Part shown: one piece after another, positions 1 to 10,458 of the stretch
How the letters are laid out: each line of letters begins with the position of its first letter
Numbering within the stretch: position 1 is the stretch's first letter
Source of the DNA: Euglena gracilis
Taxonomy: Eukaryota
Direction: 5' to 3'
Assembly (NCBI GenBank): GCA_039621445.1
Contig: CP154954.1
Span: 42,091,572-42,155,571 of the forward strand
DNA length: 64,000 nucleotides
The notes under the pieces: generated by a model
What the model was told of the DNA's origin: nothing
The model's input: only the letters and a program-made list of their open reading frames with translations
Databases searched by the model: none
Translations under genes and position numbers: made by a program

Positions 1-184
1 AGTAATGCCAAATACCATGTGCCGGTCTTCCACCAGGCATTGTGCTGTAAAAGGATAAGAACAGCCATACGAGTTAGGAATGACGTCGATTTCGCGATCT
101 AAATCGTTCTAAACTGTTTAAAACTAGTTTAAAACGTTTTAAACGTATTAAACTCTTCCGGGATGTTTAAATTCCATCCCTGCT

Positions 185-188
<4 letters not shown>

Positions 189-237
<49 letters not shown>
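189..237. repeat. (TA)n microsatellite
   Basis: Uninterrupted AT dinucleotide run. Confidence 0.95.
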
Positions 238-239
<2 letters not shown>

Positions 240-379
240 CCCCCTAATTGACACCCCCCCATAATTGACACCCCCCCCTCCCGACCGAAAATTTTTCAGC
301 CGCTCGGTTTTTTTTTTCTTTTTGTTTTTTTTCTTGTTCGTTTTTTTCGTTTTTTTTTTTCTTTTTTTTTTTCGTTTCT

Positions 380-423
<44 letters not shown>

Positions 424-582
424 TTGTTTTTTTTTTTTTTTCCTGCCATGGGTTTTGTCAGGAGTCCACTTGTATTTGAATTGTCCGTTCGGACCCCCCC
501 CCCCATAATTGACACCCCCCCATAATTGACACTACCTGGGGGGTTTGGAGGGTGTCGGGGGTGTCAATTATGGGGGGGGGTA
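236..582. mobile_element. TA-flanked MITE (Tc2/pogo-like architecture), subterminal motif ATAATTGACACC, poly-T interior
   Basis: Starts TA-CCCCCCC-TAATTGACACC and ends GGTGTCAATTAT-GGGGGGGGG-TA. The motif is repeated near both ends and the last copy is inverted. Confidence 0.6.
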
Positions 583-3500
583 GCATCCCCTGCGTCCGAC
601 CTTCGGGAAATTTCGGGGTTATTTCTCGGGATAGGGTTAGGGTCGCGTCCGGATTCCCGGGGGGCTCTCCTGTTCGGGATTTAGGGAGGATTTCTGCTGC
701 ACGGCGGATTTTGGGTAAATTTGGGTCGATTTTGGGCATTTTGGGGGAAAACGGGCAATTCAAAGAGATTTTGTCATTTGGGGCCCTCAGACAGACCGGC
801 TCAGTTCGGACCGGCCCAGGCCGGGCCGGGCTGCAGGGCTGAGGGCAGGCTGGGCTGGACTGCTGGGCCGCCAGCCAGGCTGGGGCCAGCTGCTGCCATC
901 AGGCCCCGTATCCCCCGGCAGGTTCCAGCCAGTCAGCAGCTCAAATCCAACCAGCAGCCCAAACTCAGGCTGGGAGCTCCCGGGGGAGGGGGTCGAGTGA
1001 AGTAAAGCCAGGTCCAGCCCAGCCAGAGGCCGGGCCAGCCGGCCGCAGGCTGGCCAGCCAACTGGGATGCCCAGCTCACCTGTCCCTGCATTTTTTCTCC
1101 TCATCACAGCTTCCTCCATCATAGCCCCCCAGCCTTGATCTAGCTCCATCCATCAAATTGCCGAGAAGGCAAAAATGTTTAAAAAATTTTTGTATTTCAT
1201 CGACCCAGCCCAGCCCAGCCCCCTCCACCCCGAACCCCCCTCTCCCCCTGTACCCCCAGGGGCCAGCCAGCAGCCCATTTCCAGCCAGCAGCCTTTTTGC
1301 CAGCCGCAGGGGGTCCTAAGGAAAACCCGGGGGGGGGGAGTGCGTGCGTGGGCAGGCACCCGGATCCGACCCCCCCCCAGGGGGCAGGGCACATGGCTAA
1401 AAGTGCCTGGGCAAGCCCATTTTGGGCACGTTTTGGCCCATGACCAGGCAGGCATCGACCCCCAGGGGGGGGGGGTGCCTTCCCAAGCACTTCAGGGCAC
1501 TTTCAAGACTCCCCATCCCCCCGGGGTTGGCTATTTCAGCCTGGCCGCCACACTGCAACCCAGCTCTGGGCTACATTCAAGGGCTTCTGAGAGCGCTGTT
1601 GCTGGTTGGTTTTACCCCCCCCCCAAGGATAGATGGGAAGCCTTTCGGTTTTCAGGTTGGTGGTAGCGGAGGGTGCCAGCCAACCCCCGCCCCCCCCCCC
1701 AGACGTTGGGAGGGGGGTCCGGCCCTCCCACTTCCCCTCTTTGAAAGGTTCCAAAGGCAGCGAAATTTTTTCTTCCAGCGCTGCGCGCCGGAAAAAGAGC
1801 AAAACAACACCCTTCTACCACACTACACTTTACCACACTACCATCTACTACACTTTTGGACATATTGCCCATTTTTTGATGTTTTGGTGTTCTCCACATA
1901 AAAAACGTGGAAATTTTTCAAAAAATGAACATTTTTGGATTTCTTTTCAAAAAAGTTTGGGTATTTTCACCGAATTTTTCTGGCCGGGCGGCACGAGGGG
2001 CCCCTCCTCCTCGGCACCCCTGGTCCTTTGCCCCGCCTCCCCCAGGTTTGATACTGCCGTTGCTGCATGTCACCCTGAACCGCCTGCTCTTCCCTGGGCT
2101 GCTGGCCGCCCACCATGCCCGGGCCTAACACCAGCGGTGCGCCACGAACGAGTTTGCATCGACAAGTTCATGGTGTCCGCGGTTTATTGCGTTGTATGTG
2201 TGTTGTGTGAGCTTTCCAAGCGTCAATGACATCCGCATTTCACTGGAATCTCTGTCCGGAAGTGACCACAGTCGTGTCCAAATTGTTTGAATCTTGCTTG
2301 TACACCACAAGAATGATGGTATGGAGTCCCAGGAGAAGATGCTCAGGCTTGAAACCTCCTGAATGTGCCAGGGAGGACACACAAAGAGGTTTGGTACCCA
2401 GATTTGAATCCACTGCACAACACATGTGGTGGTGTGTTGTGTCTTGCGTACCTGGCGCATTTGTCCCTGAACGCGCTCGCCTGTGCGCGTCCACCGTGCA
2501 TGGCCCGCCGTCGACCAGCCCCCGCCAGGGGTTGTTCCTCCCCAGTCGGTCCATCTCCGGTGAGCTCGCCCGGCGGGGCTCCAAGTCCAGCAGCCTTGCC
2601 AGCACCAACATTTCCCCGTCCCTCCTCTCCAACAGCTTTGTGTGTATCCTGTGCAGGGGCAGGCTTTGGGCTCGGGGTCGTGTGGTCTCTGAAAGACCCG
2701 GCACAAAAAAATGGTGCGGCGCAGACACTCAGCTGAGGATTGCTCTTACTCTCCTTTGGCCCAGTCCTCCATCTTTTAACCACTCCAACCAACAACCTGC
2801 TGGAGAGGGTTTTATTTTGTTTTCCACCTGTTTCATGCGAACGTTCAAGCATCACATCCGTTGCCCCCAAGGAGTTTGATTCCCACTTAACGACCCTCCA
2901 AATTGTCTTTTTGCGACACCTGCAAGTTTGCCCCCCAATTCTTTGGGCGTTTCAACATTTTCACATCACCCAAAATTCATAAAAATACAAATTTGCCCCC
3001 AAACATGCCCAGCCTGACTCCCGCGAGGAGGGTCCATCTGAACCCCAGGGTTGATGTCCTTCATTGCGCAAGCATTGACCTGTTGCCCACAGAGACACAG
3101 CTCCTTTTTTGAGTTTCCGTTTTAAGTTTTCGAGAGGGCGGCTCGCCCGGCCCTGGCCCTGGGCCCGCCCCCCATGCAACGCCCGGTGACTGACCCGCCC
3201 GCCCTCCCGCCCCCTCACGACGAGCAGTTTTTCGAGATCTTCCAAACGTTTGCGACAGACCCAGGGCGGCTGCACTGCCTCCCCTGACCCAGGGGAGGGG
3301 CACCGGCACGATCCTGCTGTTGGACCTCGAAACGTCAGAAGTCAGTGAGTGCAGGGCTGAAGCCCGTGGGACGTGAAGGGGGCGGGGCTTCTCTGGTTGA
3401 AGATGGAGCACCCCCACTCTCAACCTGCTGCCTGACGGCGGCAACGTGGCTGGCTTTGCAATCTCAATACAAACGTGCAGCCTTCAAACCATCCCCAAGG

Positions 3501-4980
3501 TTCAGTTTCCCCCAATTAGGGAGGGACCCTCGACGCCCCCCCACCTCTCTGGCTGGAGGACATCTGGGATCCTGATGGGGACGAAACGGCACCTTAATTA
3601 GGAGTTTGCACCCAACTCAGGAATCAAAAAAATGCCAAAAATGTGTCCTGGATTTCCAATTGGACCTATTTTCAGAAGAAAAGGGTCTCAGCATGGGCAT
3701 ATGCAACATTGGATGTGACGTCACACTTGTCACCTCCTGAAAGCTTTTTCATTCATCTTTTTGCATCTACAAATGTTCTTTGTCTTGCGCTTTTTTGGGT
3801 TTTTTTTTGTGTGTGTCACGTTATTTTTTTTGACCATATTGTGTTCCCCCCAGAAGCAGGAACTGAACGAAGGACATCACAAAGTTCATGGTGGATTTCC
3901 AAAGCCAAAGGGGACCCCACCCCACCCCTTGGAGGGGAGGTCAAGCCTGCCTGCTGTCAGCAGCTTCCACCCCTGCCCCCCTGCCCCCAGCCGTGCCCCC
4001 CCTCCCCGCCCCGCTGGGATGAAGCAGTGGCCCAACTGAGCTCAGAATTCATCCGCGGAAAGCGACTTTTTTTTGCAGAATACACAAAAAAAAAGGTCAA
4101 ATATGGTGTTTTGAGGGCCTTTGACGCTGTCGGTTGAGGTTGAGGGTTTTTTTGTAAGTTTGGGAACGTCCAGCCTGCAGCCAGCACCTTTTTCCAAGGT
4201 CCAGCCAGCACCTTCTTCCAGCCCGCGTGCTGTCCCCCCCCCATCTCTGGCATCGCGTGGCAACTGCCACAATTCCTGAAGCCCCCCCCCCCCCAGGCAA
4301 AGGGGAAAAGGCCAGGCTGGAGGTGTGGGCAGTGCAGGCGGCCTGGGACAGATGGGCTGGTCCATGTGGATCAGATCCCGACCATCCTCACCCTCCGGGA
4401 TGAGAAATACTCCGCCGCCGAGCCCAGGGCTGGAACCTTCGTTTGGGATGCCCTTCGTTGTTTTGAATCCTGGGAAGGCAGTGTTCGAGGCTGAAAGGAG
4501 GCACAATTTTGCCAAACAGGGTTTCCATACTTTCCCATGATAGTCATATAATGGTCATACGGTGGTGATTGTCTCCAAAAGTTTTTGGTGCATTTTTTCT
4601 CCAGTCACAAGGTGCAGAACATGTGTAAATCATTGCTGGAATTGCAGAGATGATGCATGTGTGTGTGCGTGTTGTGTGCATTTGTGTCTCTGTCTGTTTA
4701 CGTGTCTGTGCGTGTGTGGGTGGGTGGGTGGGTGGGTGTGAACAGGTGCGAGCGAGTGTGAACGTGTGTAAGCGCTCTGCGTGTGCACACACATGGTCTC
4801 TCTCTCTCTCTCTCTCTCACTGTCTCCCTCTCTCTCTCTCTTGTGTGTGTGTTTGTTTATGTGCATCTGTTTTCAGATGAGTGAATGAGTGAGTATGTTT
4901 GTGTGTATGTGTGTGCTTGTATGTGCACGTGCATGTGTGTCCCTGTGCAAATGTTGAGCGTCTGTGTATGCGTGTCCCAG

Positions 4981-5252
4981 CCTTGCCCCTGATCGACCGG
5001 GCTGTCCACGCCACGACCCTCTCCGTCGGGGGAGGGGGCTGCCTGCTTCCGTACGACCAGGTGCTGGCGGTGTGGCAAACCCTGAGCGTCCCCGGCAGCG
5101 AGGCCACCACCCCCCGCTGCGACCAGAAGACGCCTGTGCCGCCGAGCTGGTGGCCGGGTTACAGATGCCTCCGCGCCAGACGGCAGCACTCCCTGACGCT
5201 GGGCGTGCGCTCCAAGCCGACCAACTGGCTGCTGTGTGTGACCCTCGTCATG
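4981..5252 (+). CDS. Putative isolated internal exon of an unknown host gene or pseudogene (LPLIDRAVHATTLSVG...WLLCVTLVM)
   Basis: Preceded by (TG)/(CT)-rich intron-like DNA ending in CCCAG. Codons in this frame mostly end in G/C. Ends ATG|GTGAGG. No recognisable domain. Confidence 0.35.
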
Positions 5253-5856
5253 GTGAGGCGCGCCCCAGGCCAATGAAATGCCATTTGCCTCGAAATGGAT
5301 CATCTGCACCGAAAGTTTGTCAGATTGAACTCCCATGGATATGGTTTGGCGCACTGAGTGCATTTATGGCGGACGTTACACATGTGTTCCTTTTAAAAAT
5401 CCCTTTGGGATATTTGCTGCCAGAGCATGGGTTCGGCCCTTCTTTGGACATTTGTTGGGTGTCTGCTAAATCCAAAAATTTTTTCTGCCACTTCCCACTT
5501 TTTGGATTTGGTATCTTTTAATAAACCAGTGCCAGAGTGTCACTGAGTACTCAGCATCCTTGCACGAGTGTACAGTACCCCCGGGAACACTGAAAGTAAT
5601 GAGTGAACTCATGACCAAGAACTGGCTACAGTAAGGGGATTTGGATTTTGGTTTTGGTTTTGGATTTGAAAGGGCTGGATGAATGTGAGGATGCTGAAAG
5701 GATGGAGGGGGCTGGGATCGCAGCAACCCCCCAATCTCTGTTCTCTCTTGCCAGCAGAGTCCGCCTCCCGTTGACCGTTGTGGTGGCAGCGATCATCACC
5801 GGCCTCTCCACTGCCTTTCTGTGGCGGTTCTCACCCATGGCCGGTCCATCCCGGGA

Positions 5857-7170
5857 ATAAATGCAGGCATGGGTGAGCTGGGCAGCCCAGTTTGCTGGCC
5901 GGCCCGGCCTCCGGCCGGGCTGGACCCGACTTTATTTCACTCGACCCCCGGGGGGGGGGGGTGGTTGGTGGGCAAGGTGCACAAGCACAAGGAATTTTTC
6001 CACGAATGAACGTTTGTGCACAGTCTTCCCTGCATTCAGCAACTGAGCATTTTTGAGCAGTAAAATCAGTAACTGAGCATTTTTTTTGGTTTATTTTCAA
6101 CGATAAACCAGCGATTTTCCAACAATTTTGGTGTGTGTGTGTGTGTGCCACCATGTATGTGACCAGCCAAATGACCCCTCACCGGTCCATCCATCCATCC
6201 CCCCATTCTCTCAGGTCGTTCCAAGTGTTCCCGGTGGGAGGTGGGTGTTTGTGGACACCCCTGTCCTTGTCATTGTGTTGCCTGCCACTCACTAGCTTGC
6301 TTGCTGAGGCCTGCCCACCCCCACCCAAGGCAGTACGGGAATCGGCAAAACAGCCAGGGTCGACCCCCCCCCCCAACCCCTGGGTTCCCCACCACCTGTC
6401 TTCCCGGGAGCACCAATTTTCGACCCCCAATTGGGGGAATTTTCCCGGCTGCTATGGCGCCGGGCGGATTTGTTGAAAAAAATCTGTGAGAATGCTGTGG
6501 TGGGTGGGGCCCACCATGCCTTCCCGTACAGCCCTGTCCCAGCATTGCCGCCCGCCAAATTCAAAATTGACTGCAGGAAGGTGGGGGTCAGACTATCCAC
6601 AATTTGCTTTTTGAAAAAGATGATGCGGGCGGAATTAATCAACTTGTCCTTCAAATTATGGGTGACAATTCTATTTTATTCTCAGGTTATTGATTAATTT
6701 TCAACATTCTATGATACAAGAGCGCAACGCAACGCAACGTGTGCGGACTGGCATTTGAAGCAAAATGATCCACAATGTTTTTTTTTGATTTGTGTGCAGA
6801 ATTCCAGAAATCATTTGGCGTTCTCCCTCCAGTCAATCAACCGAATTGATTCACCAAGTGCATCATTTTGTGAATCCATCTCTCACTTTCATTGAACCCA
6901 CAACGCCCCTCAACCAACCGCCACCCACCCACCCCCCACCCAAAATCCAGCCAAAATCGGCTGTTCGCGCTTTTGTGAGATCATCCTCCCAGAAAAACTA
7001 GAGGCAACTTATGGGGGTTGCACTCGGAGGAATTTATTGCGCAAAATAAAATGCGCTGGCGAGGGCGAGAGTAAATCCTCACCCCTTTTCAACATAAACA
7101 GAAATTAACGGATAGAGAAAAAGCCCCACACTCCACTCCACGTTTTTTTTTTTAAAAAAGCCAAGTGCTG
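5857..7170 (+). repeat. Segmental duplicate, copy 1 (continues at 16272-16415 after the DIRS insertion); inverted copy at about 32460-33965
   Basis: Identical translated ORFs on opposite strands, e.g. 6135..6476+ and 33346..33687-, 6792..7001+ and 32761..32970-. Confidence 0.9.
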
Positions 7171-7404
7171 GACACCTCGGGCTCCGCACTTTGCCATTGT
7201 GAGGCCATGCCTTGTTCGCCGGCGGTGTTGTGTGATTGTTCGTTGTGCTGGGTTAGGCGTCTCCCCTTAGTGTCGTACTCCCTCGAGGAAAACCGACAAG
7301 GGAGGAAGGGACACCGAGGGCGAAGCACAAAGACCTTGTGAGGCCATGCCTTGCTCGCCGGCGGTGTTTGGATTGTTTTGGTGCGTTGGGTTAGGAGTCC
7401 CTGC

Positions 7405-10400
7405 TTAGTGCCGCCTCGCCGGAGTTGGCTGACGATGCTGCTCCGACGTGGCGACGTGACTTCTTGCCCCTGGGGGGTGTCCCCCCCTCTGCCCCCCCTG
7501 GCCCCCATTTTCTGACCGAGGGCTTTTGAAGACAAATTTTCTTTTACGGGTGGGGGGGTCGGGCTCACAAGGTCTTTGTGCTTCGCCCTCGGTGTCCCTT
7601 CCTCCCTTGTCGGTTTTCCTCGAGGGAGTACGAGACACCTCGGGCTCCGCACTTTGCCCTTGTGAGGCCAGATTGTGCACTGAAATTAGGGGGGCCAGGG
7701 CATTTTCCAGGCCACCTTGGGCACCCAGTCGCTGATAGTGGGCTGTAAAAGCCTCCACCCCCCTCCACTGGCCAATTTCACAAACTTCTTGGGCAGAAAG
7801 GCCCAATTTTTTGAGTAAACCAACTCCTGCCCCTCTGGTGGAGTGGGCCCCCCACACCTGGGGGGTCACCCCATACTTGGCCAAAAAATCTTTTGTGATA
7901 GAAGCAACAGTGTCAGCACTTATGGCCCTGAAGGGGGGTTTTAATGAAATCAGAAGGGGGCCCCCAGGTCTGACGAATGAACGTGTAGCAGCCACATAAG
8001 ACATCATTAAATGAAAGGGGCTTATTTGTGGACATTGGGGAATGGACACCACCCTTTCCCACTTGTGAAACTTTTGGCCTTTACGCTTAATTTTAATGTA
8101 GGGTGCCCTACCCAACACACTGGTGGTTCGTTTGACTTGTGCCAAGTCAGAGGATCGATATAAACAGAGAATTCGTGAGCAAGAAATCCACTGGGTACGC
8201 AATGTACAAATATCAGTGGGCATAGGCGCCTTTGCCAGCCCCAGGAGGATTGGGAGGGGATCCCAAAATGCCCCATACTTCTCCAGGTTTTGGTTCCAAA
8301 GCCTTTTGTAGGGGGTCAATAGGGTGTGGAATCTCAGCCCACCAAACCCAGGAATCAAAAGCATAGCACTATATGCATTACGGGCTTGGGCCTTGGAGAA
8401 TTGGAATAATTGTATTAAAGCGTCAGCCACTTGGTCAGTGGTGGCTTCAGGGGGGGGTACCCCCATGTGTTCCAAAATTACCCACAGAAGTGCAAAGGCA
8501 CTCTGATAACGCTTTAAACTGGGGTTTCTCCCCAGGAAATCTTCAATGGTTTTAACCTGAATTTGCTTCCCCTCCAAAATTTGCCTGAGCAAATCATGCA
8601 AAGCAGGGGCCACCTGGGGGGTGGCATTTGTTCCCCCCTGCAATTGGTGAACATACCACTGTAGGGGGTGATTTTCAGGCAGGGGGTCCCTGGAACTTTC
8701 ATTTTTATTAATTGGGGCCACCATGTGGCTGAATCCCAGTAAGGGGTGACCATCAAAACTTTGGTCTGGGGAAACATTTTCAACCTGGGCAGAAATTTTT
8801 GGATTATTGACCAGGGGGGGTTTGCATAAAGATCCCCCATGTTGTCCAGTGGACATTGTAATGCATTTACTGCTGTGGCCTCCCAATGGGGCCACCTGGC
8901 CACAAATTTGGGCAGTTTTTTGTTGCCTGGGGAAGCAAACAAATCTGTTTCCAGATTTATGAAATTTTGGAATTGCTGTCTTAACCATTGAAAAAGTTGG
9001 GGGTCTAAAGAATAATCCCCCCTGTCCATTTCCCATCTGCTTATGGGGTCTGCTAGGCATTCCTTGGAAGGCACCCAGTTGACTTGGAGGTTTACTTGGT
9101 GCTCCATGCACCATTTGAAAAATGGTCTTAGCATTTTGTTGAAGGGGTCCTTTCTGCCCCCCCCTTTGGTCAGGTAATAGTAGATTACCTGGTTGTCGAC
9201 AGACAAAGAAACTGTTTCCCCATGTTTGCTCAAGCCTTTCACTGTGTTTATTGCTGCACTGAGCTCCTTTACATTGATGTGCAAAATGGAGTCTTTTCTC
9301 CAAAATTCCTGCACAATTTCTCCTGTGTGGATGTCCAGCCCCCCCCAGGCATGGGTGCTGCTGTCTGAGTGCAACTCTCTGGTTGCATTTTGGGGGAAGG
9401 GTCTGCCCCCCCAGGTGTCCAGCAGAATTTTTATTTCCCTTAATTGGGCCTTGATTTCCTGGGAGATGGGGTGTTTTGAGTCCCAGGGGGCTGTGGACTT
9501 TGCCACCAAAAAATTTGCCAGGGTGTCTGTAAAAGCCCTGAAAAAGGGCAGGGCCATTAGATTGCATCTTATTTGACCCAAAATGGCAGCCAACTGCCTT
9601 TTTGACATGTAATCTTTTTTCACGATTTTTCCCAGCTCCTTTTTTATGGTTTTGACTTTCTGGGGGGGCACCTGTAACTTTCCTTCCTGGAAGTTTAGTT
9701 GAAAACCCAGATGGGTTACCACTTGTGTGGGCTGCAGGGTGGACTTTTTCACATTGATTTTGAACCCAGAATCCAGCAAATCTTTGACAACTCTGTTCAG
9801 GTGACTTTGCAAAATGTTTTGGGTGGGGGCCACCAGCAAAATGTCGTCCAGGTAAATAAAGACCTGGAGGCCCCTTTTTCTCCACAATTTTTCGAATGTT
9901 TTCATGACTGACATGAAAATTTGGGGCATTACATTTAGCCCAAAGCAGCCTGTCTGAAATTCCCAGGTCTGCCCCCCCACCTGATGCCTTAAAAATGGCC
10001 TTAGGCCTGGACTTACTGGAATATGGAAATAGGCATCCTTCAGGTCTATTTTTGCTGCCCAATGGCCCTTTTCCAAAACTGGAAAAATGTGCTGGATGTG
10101 ATCCAGCTTGAAAGGTTTTACTTGAAACTGCTGATTTATTTCTCTGCAGTCGCTGATCATTCTCCATTTGGTTGTTCCCCCATCTGGTTTCGAAATTAGA
10201 AACCATGGGATCAAATGATGGGTTTCTGAATCCCAAACTCGTTTTATTGAGCCAGTTTTTTCGTAATCCAACAGGATTTTTTCTGCCTGTTTCAGGTCCA
10301 GGTTGGCTCTGGGTTTTGGGTGGGTGGACAATTTTGGGGGATTTACCCAGGGGGGCTGAATTCCATTTTTGATCAATTGACATGTTGCTGGGGGGGCATT

Positions 10401-10458
10401 TTTTGACCACCATTTTAGACTTTTCTGAAGTCTCTGGTACAGTGGGGTGTCTCCCCAT
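7405..10458 (-). CDS. Tyrosine recombinase ORF of DIRS copy A; catalytic domain in the C-terminal third, N-terminal part overlaps the RT ORF in another frame
   Basis: Catalytic motifs LYRSSDL (R), KRKGQK (K), HSTR (HxxR), GQW and AHY (Y). True start codon uncertain. Confidence 0.88.
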   Translation of the reverse strand: MGRHPTVPETSEKSKMVVKKCPPSNMSIDQKWNSAPLGKSPKIVHPPKTQSQPGPETGRKNPVGLRKNWLNKTSLGFRNPSFDPMVSNFETRWGNNQMENDQRLQRNKSAVSSKTFQAGSHPAHFSSFGKGPLGSKNRPEGCLFPYSSKSRPKAIFKASGGGADLGISDRLLWAKCNAPNFHVSHENIRKIVEKKGPPGLYLPGRHFAGGPHPKHFAKSPEQSCQRFAGFWVQNQCEKVHPAAHTSGNPSGFSTKLPGRKVTGAPPESQNHKKGAGKNREKRLHVKKAVGCHFGSNKMQSNGPALFQGFYRHPGKFFGGKVHSPLGLKTPHLPGNQGPIKGNKNSAGHLGGQTLPPKCNQRVALRQQHPCLGGAGHPHRRNCAGILEKRLHFAHQCKGAQCSNKHSERLEQTWGNSFFVCRQPGNLLLPDQRGGQKGPLQQNAKTIFQMVHGAPSKPPSQLGAFQGMPSRPHKQMGNGQGGLFFRPPTFSMVKTAIPKFHKSGNRFVCFPRQQKTAQICGQVAPLGGHSSKCITMSTGQHGGSLCKPPLVNNPKISAQVENVSPDQSFDGHPLLGFSHMVAPINKNESSRDPLPENHPLQWYVHQLQGGTNATPQVAPALHDLLRQILEGKQIQVKTIEDFLGRNPSLKRYQSAFALLWVILEHMGVPPPEATTDQVADALIQLFQFSKAQARNAYSAMLLIPGFGGLRFHTLLTPYKRLWNQNLEKYGAFWDPLPILLGLAKAPMPTDICTLRTQWISCSRILCLYRSSDLAQVKRTTSVLGRAPYIKIKRKGQKFHKWERVVSIPQCPQISPFHLMMSYVAATRSFVRPGGPLLISLKPPFRAISADTVASITKDFLAKYGVTPQVWGAHSTRGAGVGLLKKLGLSAQEVCEIGQWRGVEAFTAHYQRLGAQGGLENALAPLISVHNLASQGQSAEPEVSRTPSRKTDKGGRDTEGEAQRPCEPDPPTRKRKFVFKSPRSENGGQGGQRGGHPPGARSHVATSEQHRQPTPARRH
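7564..7670. other. Internal complementary region (ICR) of DIRS copy A
   Basis: Complement of the joined right and left termini (...GGGAGTACGA|GACACCTCGG...), with the junction at 7633/7634. Confidence 0.92.

Noticed and set aside
129-525. Lys-rich and Phe-rich ORFs
   Set aside because: Translations of poly-T and (TA)n tracts.
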